The translations under genes and the position numbers were made by a program. Below, in pieces: positions 1-13,610 of a DNA stretch of 64,000 nucleotides. Position 1 is the first letter of the stretch; the number at the start of each line of letters is the position of its first letter. This stretch comes from Eledone cirrhosa (taxonomy: Eukaryota): assembly GCA_964016885.1 (NCBI GenBank), contig OZ024746.1:1922001-1986000 (forward strand). The letters are read 5' to 3'. Below the pieces are notes generated by a model. The model saw only the letters and a list, made by a program, of their open reading frames with translations, made no database searches and was not told the origin of the DNA.

Positions 1-56
1 ATACATCACTATATACATCATTGTATACATCACTATATACATCACTATATACATCA
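1..56. repeat. 12-bp minisatellite (atacatcactat/atacatcattgt), left part, interrupted by an RTE insertion
   Basis: Tandem 12-mers; the same array resumes at 1196. Confidence 0.95.
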
Positions 57-1166
57 GAAAACAGAACCCAGATCCCCTCAGGGAAATGGCCTTGCTCAGT
101 ATGTAGGAAAGGTGTAGGTAGGAACTCCATTCTCTGCCCCAAATGCAAACAATGGGTACACAAGAGATGTAGCGGGATCTCAGGAAGCTTAATTAAGAAT
201 GTAGGATTCACATGCAGCAGCTGTGCTGAAACAGCAAGCAAACAGCCACAGGAAACAAGTACCACCAATCTCTGGGAGGGCCCTGTAGAAACAGTAGACA
301 GCTTCTGCTACCTAGGTGACCGAATTAGCAACGGAGGTGGGTGCTCAGAAAGTACAATAACTAGGGTAAGAACGGGATGGAAGAAGTTTAGGGAACTACT
401 ACCACTGCTAGCTGCAAAAGGCTTCTCCCTCAGAATGAAAGGCAGACTGTATGATGCGTGTATCCGAACAGCGATGTTGCATGGTAGTGAGACCTGGGCG
501 CTGAAGGTGGAAGACTTACGTAGATTAGAGAGAAACAAAGCCTGCATGCTCCGATGGATGTGTAACAGTAATATACGTGAACGACAAAGCATAAAGGAAT
601 TGAGAGAGAGACTGAGCATAAGAGGAATCAAATGCTGCGTGCAGGAGAGGCGGTTACGCTGGTATGGACATGTGATGCGTATGAAGGATGACAGCTGCAT
701 AAAAAGGTGCAGAGCACTAGAAGTTGATGGAAACCGCGGAGTGGGGAGACCCAAGATGACTTGGGATGAGGTGATAAAAGCCGACCTTACCCAACTACAC
801 CTCTCAAAGTCAATGACACACGACCGTGACTTCTGGCGTCACACAGTAATACAGGGTACCCGACCTCCCATGGGTACATGCTGAAGCATATAAACAATAT
901 GCCCCCCCCCCCCCACCGCAAGGTGGTCGTGGAGGTGCCACGGCAAAAAAGCACCCAGCCCACACTGTAAAGTGGACGTGTAGGCGCCACGAAAAAGCAC
1001 CCAGCACTCACTGTAAATGAGGTTGGTGTTAGGAAGGGCATCCAGCTGTAGAAATCAAGCCAGATCAGTTCCTGTATGAGCAAGGCATGGTCAGCCGACC
1101 AGACACTGCCCACAACAGGACAACCCGTCTAACCCATGCTAGCGTGGAAGAACGGACGTAAAACGG

Positions 1167-1197
<31 letters not shown>
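57..1197 (+). mobile_element. 5'-truncated RTE-clade LINE: ORF C-terminus, 3' UTR and (GAT)n tail
   Basis: ORF to 884 has a Cys-rich KWPCSVCRKGVG..C..C..WVHKRC..C..C finger, VDSFCYLG, LHGSETW, RRLRWYGHVMRM and GRPK.TW motifs typical of RTE C-termini; (gat)n tail at 1167-1197; near-identical inverted copy at 51246-51854. Confidence 0.92.
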
Positions 1198-1506
1198 ACA
1201 TCATTGTATACATCACTATATACATCATTGTATACATCACTATATACATCACTATATACATCACTATATACATCATTGTATACATCACTATATACATCAC
1301 TATATACATCACTATATACATCATTGTATACATCACTATATACATCATTGTATACATCACTATATACATCACTGTATACATCACTATATACATCACTATA
1401 TACATCACTATATACATCATTGTATACATCACTATATACATCACTATATACATCATTGTATACATCACTATATACATCATTGTATACATCACTATATACA
1501 TCACTA
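1196..1506. repeat. 12-bp minisatellite, right part
   Basis: About 26 tandem units; explains the YTSL/HHYI ORFs. Confidence 0.95.
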
Positions 1507-1607
1507 CAATTAGACTTCTATTGTTTTCTCTCTCACTTTTTCTATTCAACTTACACAGGCTCGAGAAAGAAGATATTAAAACAATAGTGATGAAATAAAT
1601 TTGGATT

Positions 1608-2824
1608 ATAATAATAATAATAATAATAATAATGAAATTATTGTGTAAAGTGCTCAGGTGCACTACAACTCATCAAAGGTGCATGTATAGTACATAGAAT
1701 AATATACAAATGTCAGGGAAGTGAATAGTGTTTGAGTCATGATATACATGTGTGTATGTGTATGGAGGGGGTACATTAGGTGTAGTGTTGGCGAGTCTCG
1801 GGAAGCATGGAGGTTTTAAAAGATGCAGTGTCTCGACAGCTAACAACTAATGCAGGGAGTTTGTTCCATGCTTCAGCAGCTCTGAGTGTGAAAATATATT
1901 TCTGAATGTCATGGGAACTGTGCTGTTTTCTGACTTTGTGGACATGTCCACGTGTGTTAGACACATGGCAATCAAAAAGGTACTCAGGGTTGTTGTTGGC
2001 AAGATGGTTAACAATTTTGTGGGTGTTTACCAAGTCAGTTGCCAGGTGCCGGAGCTTCAATGTATCCATGCCCAGGGAAGCAAGGCCTTCAGAGTATGGT
2101 AGATGCCTGATGGAGGGTATTCGCTTGGTTGCACGTCTCTGAACAGTTTCCAGGCTGTCAATGTTCTGAGCAAGATAGGGGTTCCAGACTGGTGATGCAA
2201 ATTCTAAGTGTGGCCGCACCATAGCCATGTACAGCCTTAAATAGATAGCTGGAGAGCAGCTGACAAAGGTCTTGCTGAGTGATGCTAAGACACCCTCGGC
2301 CTTTTTGACAATTTTAGAGACGTGCTTCGTCCAACACAAATCGCTGCTGACTGTAATGCCCAGGTCACGTTCACAAGAAGACTTCTTGATATTAGTGCTA
2401 TGGAGGGAGTATGTGGACGCTGGGTTTTTATTCCCAAAATGCATGGTGGTGTACTTGTCCACAGCCAGCTTGTTGCCAGTCCGTGATCCATTGCTGCATT
2501 GTGTCCAGGTCAGACTGCAAGCAAGATCTATAGTGTTCAGGATCTGACCTTTTTATCTCAAGGTACAGCTTGATGTCATCTGCGTTCTTTAGTACTGTGG
2601 CATTCTTTAAGTTGGCATCTATGTCATTAATATAGGCCACAAACAAAAGGGGGCCCAAGAACAGATCCCTGTGGTACACCAGATGACATCTCATATGGTG
2701 AGGAATGCTGTCCCAGAACCATGACTACCTCTCTTCGACTGAGAATGAAGGACTTCAACCAGTTAAAAAGATCATCCTTCACACCCATTACAGAGTTTTG
2801 CCATAAGCCTTTTGTGTGGCACAG
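1608..2824 (-). mobile_element. 5'-truncated, frameshifted CR1-clade LINE (reverse transcriptase C-terminal half) with (ATT)n tail
   Basis: Minus-strand translation gives VPHKRL, SGVPQGSVLG, GPLLFVAYINDI, NADD (degenerate F/YADD), RPHLEFASPVWNP, ETVQRRATK and TRGH; tail at 1608-1633. Confidence 0.9.
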
Positions 2825-2920
2825 AATTATTATATTATCTTAAATTTCCTTCCTAAAATGAAACTAAAGTTTGATTATTTTAAAAACAAAACATCTGTTT
2901 ATTATTTAAAAGAAAAACAG

Positions 2921-3106
2921 GTCGGTGGATTGGCAGTATCGGTAGAGGGCCGGACGCCATGCTTTGACGTATAGAGTTACGGCCTTTGCTATTCTGAGTT
3001 CAAATCTCACCGAGGTTAACTTTGCCATTCATCCTTACTTGGTCGATAAAATAAAGTACCAGTAATGTATTGGGTATTTACTGGCCTTGTGCCAAAAGTA
3101 GAAACA
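2921..3106 (+). mobile_element. Full-length tRNA-derived SINE (family S1) with 20-bp TSD
   Basis: A box TGGCAGTATCGG, B box GAGTTCAAATC, core TCATCCTT..GGTCGATAAAATAAAGTACCAG; TSD attatttaaaagaaaaacag at 2901-2920 and 3107-3126. Confidence 0.9.
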
Positions 3107-3750
3107 ATTATTTAAAAGAAAAACAGTTTTAGAATTATTTAGAAGAAAAACTAAATTAAATAAATTTTAAATTGTAAATTATAATTTATTGGCCTCACAT
3201 AATTCATAAAAATTACATTTTATTAAATTATTCATGTAAATTTTAAATGCATAAATCTTTTGACAATTTTAATAAAGTATTCAAAGAAAATATAAATATT
3301 TATGTATTTGATACCAGCAAAGGTTAACGGGTCTTTTTAAAATTCATGTTTTATACATCTAAATTTTCTCTTTCAAAAGAGACTAAAGTAGGAACTTATT
3401 AAAACGTTTAAAGTAGTGTATATAGTATACATAATAATACAAAATTCCTCAGAATGTAAGGGGAAAAGAATACCAGGATAAGTCAAGCCCAGTGTTAAGT
3501 AAGGTTTTCAATTTCTAAATAGCTCCTTTCATTTGCTTCTTTTTAGGTTTGCAAGTATTTATCATTGAGCTTAGAGTCAGTTCACACTTCAGTTTTTTTA
3601 CTCCAAACTTCATTAAAGATTGAAATATACATATTTTTTCTTTATAAATTCATAGTTGTTTTAATAACTAATTAGTGGCCCAAATAAAATGTATTTATTT
3701 TATATTTATTTACATCTTATTCTATAAATCAGAGGTGGGGGGGACCTACA

Positions 3751-3880
3751 GCCTTCTATGCCATTCTGTGAGGCCTCCTATGCCATTCTATGTGGCCTCC
3801 TATACCATTCTGTGAGGCCTCCTATGCCATTCTATGTGGCCTCCTATACCATTGTGTGAGGCCTCCTATGTCATTGTGTG
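3751..3880. repeat. ~22-bp minisatellite (gcctcctatgccattctgtgag), about 6 units
   Basis: Visible tandem units. Confidence 0.85.
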
Positions 3881-5523
3881 CAACATTTTGAAAGAATAAA
3901 AAATTTCCAACAAATTTTTAATATGTTTTTATCTCTTATTATGTTAATTTAAACCATAATATTTTAAATACCAAAATGTAAAAGAAAATTCATTGAAATA
4001 ATCCACACTGACAGCCAGCCAGAATTTAATAATTAGTAGATCGTTGGGGTCATTTCAACATTTTATATGCTCATGTTTTAGTTCTAATGTGATTCCAGAC
4101 TGTACATTAAATTCCTGCTTTTTTAAGAATATATAGTTATGGCTTCTTGACTGCAGCCTTATTATATTTCAAGGTTCCTTACCTCCGGTATAAATGGTTG
4201 AAAAGTGAGACGGGATTACGAAGGAAGTGTATTTTAATGATTATACAATGAAAATTTAGAGTTAGTAAAAATCTTTCATTGGGTTGGAATAAAGTTTTGT
4301 TTAAAAAACCAGCATATCTACTACAACAGTCATGTTATGTACATTAAATATTACTGATAGATATCCAACAATGGACTACATTAATTGCAGAGAAATCTGA
4401 TAGTTTATACAGCAAATTAATTACTGAACCAGTGTTCTCCCTTAAAGAAAACATTGAAACTAATCCAATATCTTGTTTTTATTGGTTTTGGAAACAAACA
4501 TGAGATATCATATTTGTTACAACAAAAATTGTTGCCTTTAAACCGATATATAACAATATTGTTAAACTATTTTTAGTCTTATATTAAAACTAGGATCAGA
4601 AAGAATGTTGGCCCATTACATAGACCAGTGATGTAGACCTTGTGTGTTGCAGGAATTATTAAGTCTACTGATATTTTTTAATATTTAGGAAATTAAAATA
4701 GCTATTTAATTAATTATATAGTTACATCATCATCATGAACTACATATTCTCTTTTCAAATGTATCTGAAACTTTAAGTAACATGTTGACAAGATTCTACA
4801 ACCTAAATATAAAATATTTATCAGTATTTTCTCTATATACTATTTTCATAAAATTAATTGCTGGTGGCAGGATAAAATATAGCCAATCCACAGTGAAGTG
4901 GTTGGTGATAGGAAGAATACCAAGCCAGAAAACTTCTGCCAAAGAACCATGACTAGCTCAACATACACTACTAACAAAAAAATGTGAATAGAGGACTAAC
5001 ACTCACCATGTTAGCGCTGCGCATGGTTGTGGGGGTAACTAGCCTAGCCAAGTGTGAGAACCTCGCAATCATCAAGCAATCACACATTCCTTTTCAGATA
5101 CAGAGAGCAGTTATCAAAAGATGGACCAACCACCAAGAGACTACCCTCCCCCAATACTTTAAGGTAACCTAATTCAGGGCAGCCACTGACAACTGATAGT
5201 ACACTAAAAGGTAGATTGGGTAAAATTATAGAGAAGCAGAGACTAGTTGACGTGGACTTTGTACAAGATGTGAGTTGAAGGAGGTACATCAGCCAGACTC
5301 TTCACAGTGTAGATATTATGATGGTGTAGGTAGAGTAGGCATCTTACTAGAAGTGGAGAGATTAAGTAATTGAGATAGTTATAGTAAATTATAGAATTAT
5401 CAAGCTCAGAATAGCCATAAGCAGCAGTTATCTCAATGAATGCACCACATTCAGGGTTAAGTAAAGAACTGATCACTTACTATTCAGCATTAACTACAGA
5501 TTATCTAACATTTATACAAGTTC

Positions 5524-5700
5524 ACTGGTATGGACATGTGATGCATATGGAAGATGACAACTGTATACAGAAATGCAGAGGCTTCTCAGTTGATGGGATT
5601 TGTGGAAGTAAACTGAAAAAGACTTGGGTGAAGGCTGACCCCAGGAAGCTGAACCTTATGGCAGGGATGACAAAAGTCCTACGATTATTGGCAACTATGT
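5524..5700 (+). mobile_element. Degenerate RTE 3' ORF fragment
   Basis: WYGHVMHMEDDNCIQKCRG resembles the C-terminus of the RTE at 57-884. Confidence 0.75.
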
Positions 5701-7088
5701 AGTAGGATGTGACATACAAACTGTTTATATTTCACTCTTCCATTGTTGCTCCTTAGTAAGTATTCTCATCACTTTTTCCTACATTACTCCCACCTTTTCA
5801 CCTGTCTTTCATCCCGCCACTCTTGTCATACAGCTGTGTCTCATCTTAACTTCCTCTTTTCTCAGTCCTGAACATGGTTGTCTTGGGACTAGGTCCCTTC
5901 TCTCCCCAAGTGCCACTATAAAATGTACACTTTGGTTCTTTAACACCACCTGGCCCTTGGTTACATTTAGTGAGAACCACTGTTGCAAGCATTCAGGCCA
6001 TACTCTGATTTGCAGATACCCTCTCCTTCCCGTCTTGGAAGCCATGAAAAGAATCATAAGCATGACCCTTCTCTCACAGACTAAAAGGTAATAAATTTTA
6101 AAGAATAATAATTTAATTGCCCCCACCCCCCTATATTGAAATAACTTCTTAACACTTTCAAGTGGGTTTAATTATCAGCTGTGCTGCATTCAAAGAAAGA
6201 CTGGGGAGTGCTCACATAGAAAATACTTTATGTATGTAATTCAAAGGATCAGTTCCAATTAACAGGTCACTTAGAAACCTATTTTCCATTCTAGATTGAC
6301 ATGGTTTTGTCCCCAGATTCCAAATCCCAACGTTGATATCTGAAATTGATGGTTTAATTCTAAATAGTAAATAGAGAAGAAGCTGCCCCCACAAAATATA
6401 GCAGAATATTGTTACTATGTTAAAGTAACATAATTATATAACCTTCAATTAATCAATTAGTTTTCCTTGTTTATTATGAGATGAATTTTAAAGACTAATT
6501 CAATTTCCATTAAAATCTCCTAGAAATCAGTAATGGTAACATAAGTTAGTAAAGAGGCAGTTAACTGGTTAGATAGAACATTCACACACAACTAGATGCT
6601 CTACACCTTAACAACAGCCTGTGTTTTTGAAAACAGTAACAATATTGTTACCATCACTATTAATTAAACGTAGCTGTGATGACTGATGAGATAGAAACAA
6701 AATAACAAGAAAAACAAAGTCATTATTGATGCGTGTGTGCATGTGCATGCATGTGTGTTAGTGTAAACACACAGCCTAGATGTGTGGAGTTGCTTGATAA
6801 CCTAAAATCTTTTACTTTCACTTCAAACAAAAAGTCCTTTGAAGAAGTTCCTCTTCAACCTCCCATTGATAGTTTCCTTCTCCCCCTCCCCCAAGTCCAC
6901 TTCTTTTTACTTAATGAATTCCATCCAAACAGAATCTAGTTATGGAGGATATATATAAGGATTGTGTGTGTACTGTCAACACAGTCACATTTTCATTTTG
7001 AAGGAGAGGGGGGGGGGGGTGCAGCAGGAAACTATTAACAAAATAACTAATTCAAAAATATTTCCCAGTAAACAAGAACAGTGTTACT

Positions 7089-7754
7089 TAATGTAAGTAA
7101 AGGGGCTACTGTGGTTGTTAATGGAGGTAAAGGAACTTCTGTGGTTGTTAATGGAGGTAAAGGGGCTACTGTGGTTGTTAATGGAGGTAAAGGGGCTACT
7201 GTGGTTGTTAATGGAGGTAAAGGGGCTACTGTGGTTGTTAATAGAGGTAAAGGAACTACTGTGGTTGTTAATGGAGGTAAAGGGGCTACTGTGGTTGTTA
7301 ATGGAGGTAAAGGGGCTACTGTGGTTGTTAATGGAGGTAAAGGGGCTACTGTGGTTGTTAATGGAGGTAAAGGAACTTCTGTGGTTGTTAATGGAGGTAA
7401 AGGAACTTCTGTGGTTGTTAATGGAGGTAAAGGGGCTACTGTGGTTGTTAATGGAGGTAAAGGGGCTACTGTGGTTGTTAATGGAGGTAAAGGGGCTACT
7501 GTGGTTGTTAATGGAGGTAAAGGGGCTACTGTGGTTGTTAATGGAGGTAAAGGGGCTACTGTGGTTGTTAATAGAGGTAAAGGAACTACTGTGGTTGTTA
7601 ATGGAGGTAAAGGAACTTCTGTGGTTGTTAATGGAGGTAAAGGAACTACTGTGGTTGTTAATGGAGGTAAAGGGGCTACTGTGGTTGTTAATGGAGGTAA
7701 AGGGGCTACTGTGGTTGTTAATGGAGGTAAAGGGGCTACTGTGGTTGTTAATGG
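7089..7754. repeat. 30-bp minisatellite (aggtaaaggggctactgtggttgttaatgg), about 22 units
   Basis: Exact 30-bp period. Confidence 0.97.
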
Positions 7755-9560
7755 ACTACTATTATACAGTATAAGCTGTAACAACTACTATTATACAGTA
7801 TAAGCTGTAACAACTACTATTATACAGTATAAGCTGTAACAACTACTATTATACAGTATAAGCTGTAACTACTACTATTATACAGTATAAGCTGTAACAA
7901 CTACTATTATACAGTATAAGCTGTAACTACTACTATTATACAGTATAAGCAGTAACAACTACTATTATACAGTATAAGCTGTAACAACTACTATTATACA
8001 GTATAAGCTGTAACAACTACTATTATACAGTATAAGCTGTAACAACTACTATTATACAGTATAAGCTGTAACAACTACTATTATACAGTATAAGCTGTAA
8101 CTACTACTATTATACAGTATAAGCAGTAACAACTACTATTATACAGTATAAGCTGTAACAACTATTATACCTGAGTATAAGCTCTAACAACTACTATTAT
8201 ACAGTATAAGCTGTAACAACTACTATTATACAGTATAAGCTGTAACTACTATTATACAGTATAAGCTGTAACAACTACTATTATACAGTATAAGCTGTAA
8301 CAACTACTATTATACAGTATAAGCTATAACAACTACTATTATACAGTATAAGCTGTAACAACTACTATTATACAGTATAAGCTGTAACAACTACTATTAT
8401 ACAGTATAAGCTGTAACTACTATTATACAGTATAAGCTGTAACAACTACTATTATACAGTATAAGCAGTAACAACTATTATACAGTATAAGCTGTAACAA
8501 CTATTATACAGTATAAGCTGTAACAACTACTATTATACAGTATAAGCTGTAACTACTATTATACAGTATAAGCTGTAACTACTATTATACAGTATAAGCT
8601 GTAACTACTATTATACAGTATAAGCAGTAACAACTATTATACAGTATAAGCTGTAACAACTATTATACAGTATAAGCTGTAACAACTATTATACAGTATA
8701 AGCTGTAACAACTATTATACAGTATAAGCTGTAACTACTATTATACAGTATAAGCTGTAACAACTACTATTATACAGTATAAGCTGTAACAACTACTATT
8801 ATACAGTATAAGCTGTAACAACTATTATACAGTATAAGCTGTAACAACTATTATACAGTATAAGCTGTAACAACTACTATTATACAGTATAAGCTGTAAC
8901 TACTATTATACAGTATAAGCTGTAACAACTACTATTATACAGTATAAGCTGTAACAACTACTATTATACAGTATAAGCTGTAACAACTATTATACAGTAT
9001 AAGCTGTAACAACTACTATTATACAGTATAAGCTGTAACTACTATTATACAGTATAAGCTGTAACAACTACTATTATACAGTATAAGCTGTAACAACTAC
9101 TATTATACATTATAAGCTGTAACTACTATTATACAGTATAAGCTGTAACTACTATTATACAGTATAAGCTGTAACTACTATTATACAGTATAAGCTGTAA
9201 CAACTACTATTATACAGTATAAGCTGTAACAACTACTATTATACATTATAAGCTGTAACTACTATTATACAGTATAAGCTGTAACAACTACTATTATACA
9301 GTATAAGCTGTAACAAATACTATTATACAGTATAAGCTGTAACAACTACTATTATACAGTATAAGCTGTAACAACTATTATACAGTATAAGCTGTAACAA
9401 CTACTATTATACAGTATAAGCTGTAACAAATACTATTAATATACATAAGTATAAGCTGTAACAACAACTACTAGCACTACTAAAATACATAGGTGTAAGC
9501 TGTAAATACTACTACAACTACTATTATACATAAATATAAGCTGTAACAACTACTATTATA
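7755..9560. repeat. 26-29-bp minisatellite (actactattatacagtataagctgtaaca), about 60 units
   Basis: Tandem units varying by 3-nt indels; abuts the 30-mer array and decays at the right end. Confidence 0.97.
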
Positions 9561-11748
9561 CATGATGGCTATATTTAAAATGAAATAAAAAATATTGTAA
9601 ACCTTAATTTCATTTGAATATGTGGTTGATGGTTTCTTTTAAAAGCTGTTAAATTTGAATAAATTTGAATATACTAAAACAAAAGGATAAATAAATAAAA
9701 ATTGTAGATATAATAATCAATAGTTAACCGAGTTCAATATTATGGTGGCATTTCAGCTTACCATTGAATATAACTTAATGATATTTCAATATAAATGATA
9801 TGTATATATTGGTAACATTCCAAACTATAAGCATTGATAATACCAATAAAATAGATTTCCCTATTTGGCTCAAAGCCATCTCAAGTGCAATTTGATTAAA
9901 ATCAGCAAATAGAATTTGTTAGCCCTCTTATAATGGCTCTTGTAAAGTAAAAAATATATCAAAAAAATATTAACAACAAATTCAAAATGTTTTGATTCAA
10001 ATATTGAAAAGAATACCAAGCAGTAGTTTAAAATGGAAAAAGAGCACGCTTACCTCGAATTGAAACACACTTTAAACTGAAAAACACTGCTTTAGTAAAA
10101 AGTATCCGCATAGCTAGGGCCAGAGTTGGTAAACAACCAAACAAACGATAATATGCCCTATTAATACAATACATATCTGTGTCCCCTAAAACAAATATTT
10201 ACCCAGCTTCTCAAGATTTTGATTTCCTTCAAAATTCATTTCTCACTTTGATTCATCAACCACATGTAAAATATACTAAAATATATCAAGGGCATTTTTC
10301 CCTCCTGAAATAGGTTTTCAGAAAAGCAAGCCATTGTTAGAGTCATTTTCCAAGTACATATTCAATAAACATTGTATTAAAGAGGAAGAAATACTCCTTG
10401 TATCTTTTGTCACAATTACAAAAAACATTAGATGACATACTAACATTTTTTTTTTAAAAACTAAAAAGAATTTACACAACTAGACAAAACAAAAGTAAAT
10501 TTAAAAACAACCCTCTGAGGTGCGTTTCAGTAAATACACATGGCCAAGCTAAATTCTGTGTCAACAAGTAAAAAGAACAAAAGTGCCGAGATAATTACAG
10601 GCTTGATCTAATTACATATTATTTTGTGAATAACCCTGACATTATTTTCAAACACTACACTAAACAGAAATGCCAGTAGTTTACCCAGTTTTAATTTTTA
10701 ATGACTAATCTTTAAACATTACCTTCTCTAAGAACTTAACAAGTGAATTTATAAATAAATAAAACATTCAAAATATTTCAAGTATGGAAAGAGATTAGGG
10801 TTTTGTAATCGGACAATTATTTAAATTCATTTCTTAATTATAACTTCCAGATAAATAAATCATTTTTAAAGATAAGAAAAATTCAAATGAATTAAAATAA
10901 TGAATGATAGTTGAACACTAAATACATCTTCCACTGCTTATTTCAAACATTAACTTAATATCATGTGAGTTATATTCAGTGATGTACAATAGTTCAGAAA
11001 ACATGAAATAAAAAGAATAAATGACCTTGATCATATTAGAGCAGTGTCTTTCTTCCTACTGTTCACAGTTGTTAGCCCTTGGCCTCTGTTGCTGAGCTGT
11101 CAATCCTTGGTCAAAGTTTCTACTTCATATCTCTTATTCTGTGGACAAGTTCTAAACCAGGACCAACACCAAGGACATCTTGTGTTACACTATGGTGTGT
11201 GCATTATGATGATGATGATGATGATACAGTTGTCACTCTAGTTCCTCACCTACCATTCTCTGAAGCTGAATGATCAATCTATAGTAAAAGTCTCCACTTC
11301 ATATCCTTCATTCTGTCTGTAGACAAGTTCTAAACCAGATCTTGTGCTACACTAAGATGTGTGCCTACTTTTACAGCAGACAGAGCCTTGCAACACCAAT
11401 TATTTTGTTGGCCTTAATGCCAATCCTACTGGACACCTAGACTCAGAGTTTCCAACTCTTATGTTGTGGCTGACTACAATTTTCAGAAGTATTTAAAACA
11501 CTAGAACATCTCCCAGTTTGTACTCATTGTACTCTGTCACTATCATCAAACTGGCCACAAGTGTGGTGGAGTTGTGATATGGCAGTTTGGCCGCTTCAAG
11601 CCCTTCAGCAATTATTTAACCTCCCATTCTATCTGTTCTATTGCAAAGATGGTCATGAATGACCTTTGAGCGTAGATATGCTGAATCAAGGTCAATATGG
11701 ATCTAAAGAGTAACAACAAACAACATACTGAGAGCTGTCCGCTGTACT

Positions 11749-11959
11749 TTAACCCTTTACCATTTACATTAATCTATATATACTATTGTATTTTCATAGT
11801 AAACACTTTACTTCACATAATTATCTCGCATAATATTAAATCTACGAGATTTTGATATTATTTTGAGAACAAGTATAAGCAGCTAGTTATGGCCAGTTTG
11901 AACAGAAAGGGGTGAGAGAATTCTGGCCGGATAGGCCAGTTTAAATGCTAATGGGTTAA
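11749..11959 (+). mobile_element. piggyBac-type non-autonomous MITE, family A
   Basis: TTAA|CCCTTTACCATTT ... AAATGCTAATGGG|TTAA; homologous copies at 21338, 44034 and 63244. Confidence 0.82.
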
Positions 11960-13610
11960 TATTCTTTTCTTTCTGGTAAAATTTAAGTTTCTGTGAAACA
12001 CTAAACTTCAATATTTCAATTCTGTAATTTCACTAACTTTTTATCAGCTATGGTCCTTTTTCATCAGACATGTTCAAAAAAAGAGGGAGCGGAGTTTGGG
12101 TGGGGTTAAGTTGGACAAGTGAGGCATAAGATTGTGTTTAGTAATGAGAAATTCTAACAATAAAAAGGGCAAAAAATAAACAAGTAAAAACAATTCCATA
12201 TACACCCCAAATGATATTTTTTTTATTAAAATCAAATTTCTGAATGAAATCTAACTGTAAAACAATAGTGTAAAGAGCATACCAATGGTGGTGGTGGTGT
12301 GTTTGGGTAATTATTGTGAATAGGGAGAGCTGGGGAGGAGATGCCAAACTTATTTTTTGATAGTTAAGAGGGCAAAGGTAAAAGAAATAAAGTACATGAA
12401 ACCAAAGTAATTTTAATAGAAGTATATAGTGTTTGACAGCCAGACATAAGAGCTAATGGAAATAAAACTAAATTACAAAGACTTACTGAATTGACCCAAC
12501 TAATCTGAGTTAACATAGAAACACAGGTATGTAACTCGGCAGCCAATTCAATATCATATAACAGGACAAAAACAAATGTAAATCTTAAGAAAATAGATAT
12601 CATAAAATCTTAATCTTTAATATCCTATCAGCTTGCAGCTTGGGCATTATCCATCTGTTAGAAAATCTACAGCATTTGCAGCAAAAGAAATATTTTTATA
12701 TTCGAAAATGATGAGAGCGCTGACAAATGTTGGTTAACAGAAGTAATTTTCAGGAAGTGTTATAATGTTGCTAGGAAGGGTGAGGAATTATTAAGATTTG
12801 TTAATCAGAAAGTAGGATTATATTTAAATAGAAGTATATAATTATTTTTTGTTGATATGAGGAAATACTTTCAACATGTATTGTTATGAATGACATGTTT
12901 TGTTGTAATTGAGTAGTCATATATGAACAAAAACATTGCTGTTTTTTATACAGTCTATCTGGGACTACATTATCCAATATATCTTCTTTTTTTATTGATG
13001 GTAGGATGTGGGTAATTTCACTGCCATGTCTAGCAGGTATAATGAATACATACAGGATCCCTAGTTGGCTTCTCTAAGTTTTATTTCTATTGTTCTATCA
13101 CTGTATTTGATTGAATGAGCATTATCATTGTATTTCACTGAATTCATGTTAAATATTATAGAAGTGTTGTACAAATTGAATGACAAAATAAAACTAAATT
13201 TTAACCTATTATATTTATCATTATCATTAGCAAGCCTACATGCTTTCTGATTTTCTGTAGTTTTGAAGTGAGGTTTAACATGTTTAATTTGAAAAACATT
13301 AAAAAGTTAACTGGGAATAAAACATTGTTTAAAGATTTATGTTTTGATTATTTCAGTAAGTACAGGAGGAGATAACACTGGATATGTTTCAGTCTTAATA
13401 TAACCACATCAGCTAAAAATGTGATGAAAGACTCACTAAGTAAATTTATACTGGTTGGTGTAGAAAAATAGAGGAAGTTTTATGAATAAATAGCTAAATA
13501 TATATTTATTCCCTAAACAATTCTATTTCTCACTCTAATTAAACTCTCTTTATTGATGTAAAGGAGAAGGAAATGGTCATATTCACAATAAATAATTCAT
13601 TCAACTGTAT

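Noticed and set aside
1136-1663. His-rich and YTSL-repeat ORFs
   Set aside because: Translations of the 12-bp satellite and the (GAT)n tail
2921-3010. tRNA gene suggested by A and B boxes
   Set aside because: Box spacing is too long, no cloverleaf forms, and it is the head of a multi-copy SINE with TSDs
4990-5064. GC-rich fold-back resembling a twister or HDV-like ribozyme, or a solo LTR end
   Set aside because: Twister pseudoknot partners are missing, the HDV topology does not fit, and there is no TSD around the putative TG..CA segment (4983-5499)
6683-6722. CTGATGA gata GAAAC hammerhead-like core
   Set aside because: No stem II or stem III can form
7047-7803. Mucin-like (PLPPLTTTVA)n and (VVVNGGKGAT)n ORFs
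   Set aside because: Open frames on both strands arise from a 30-bp satellite; no unique coding flanks or synonymous-site variation pattern
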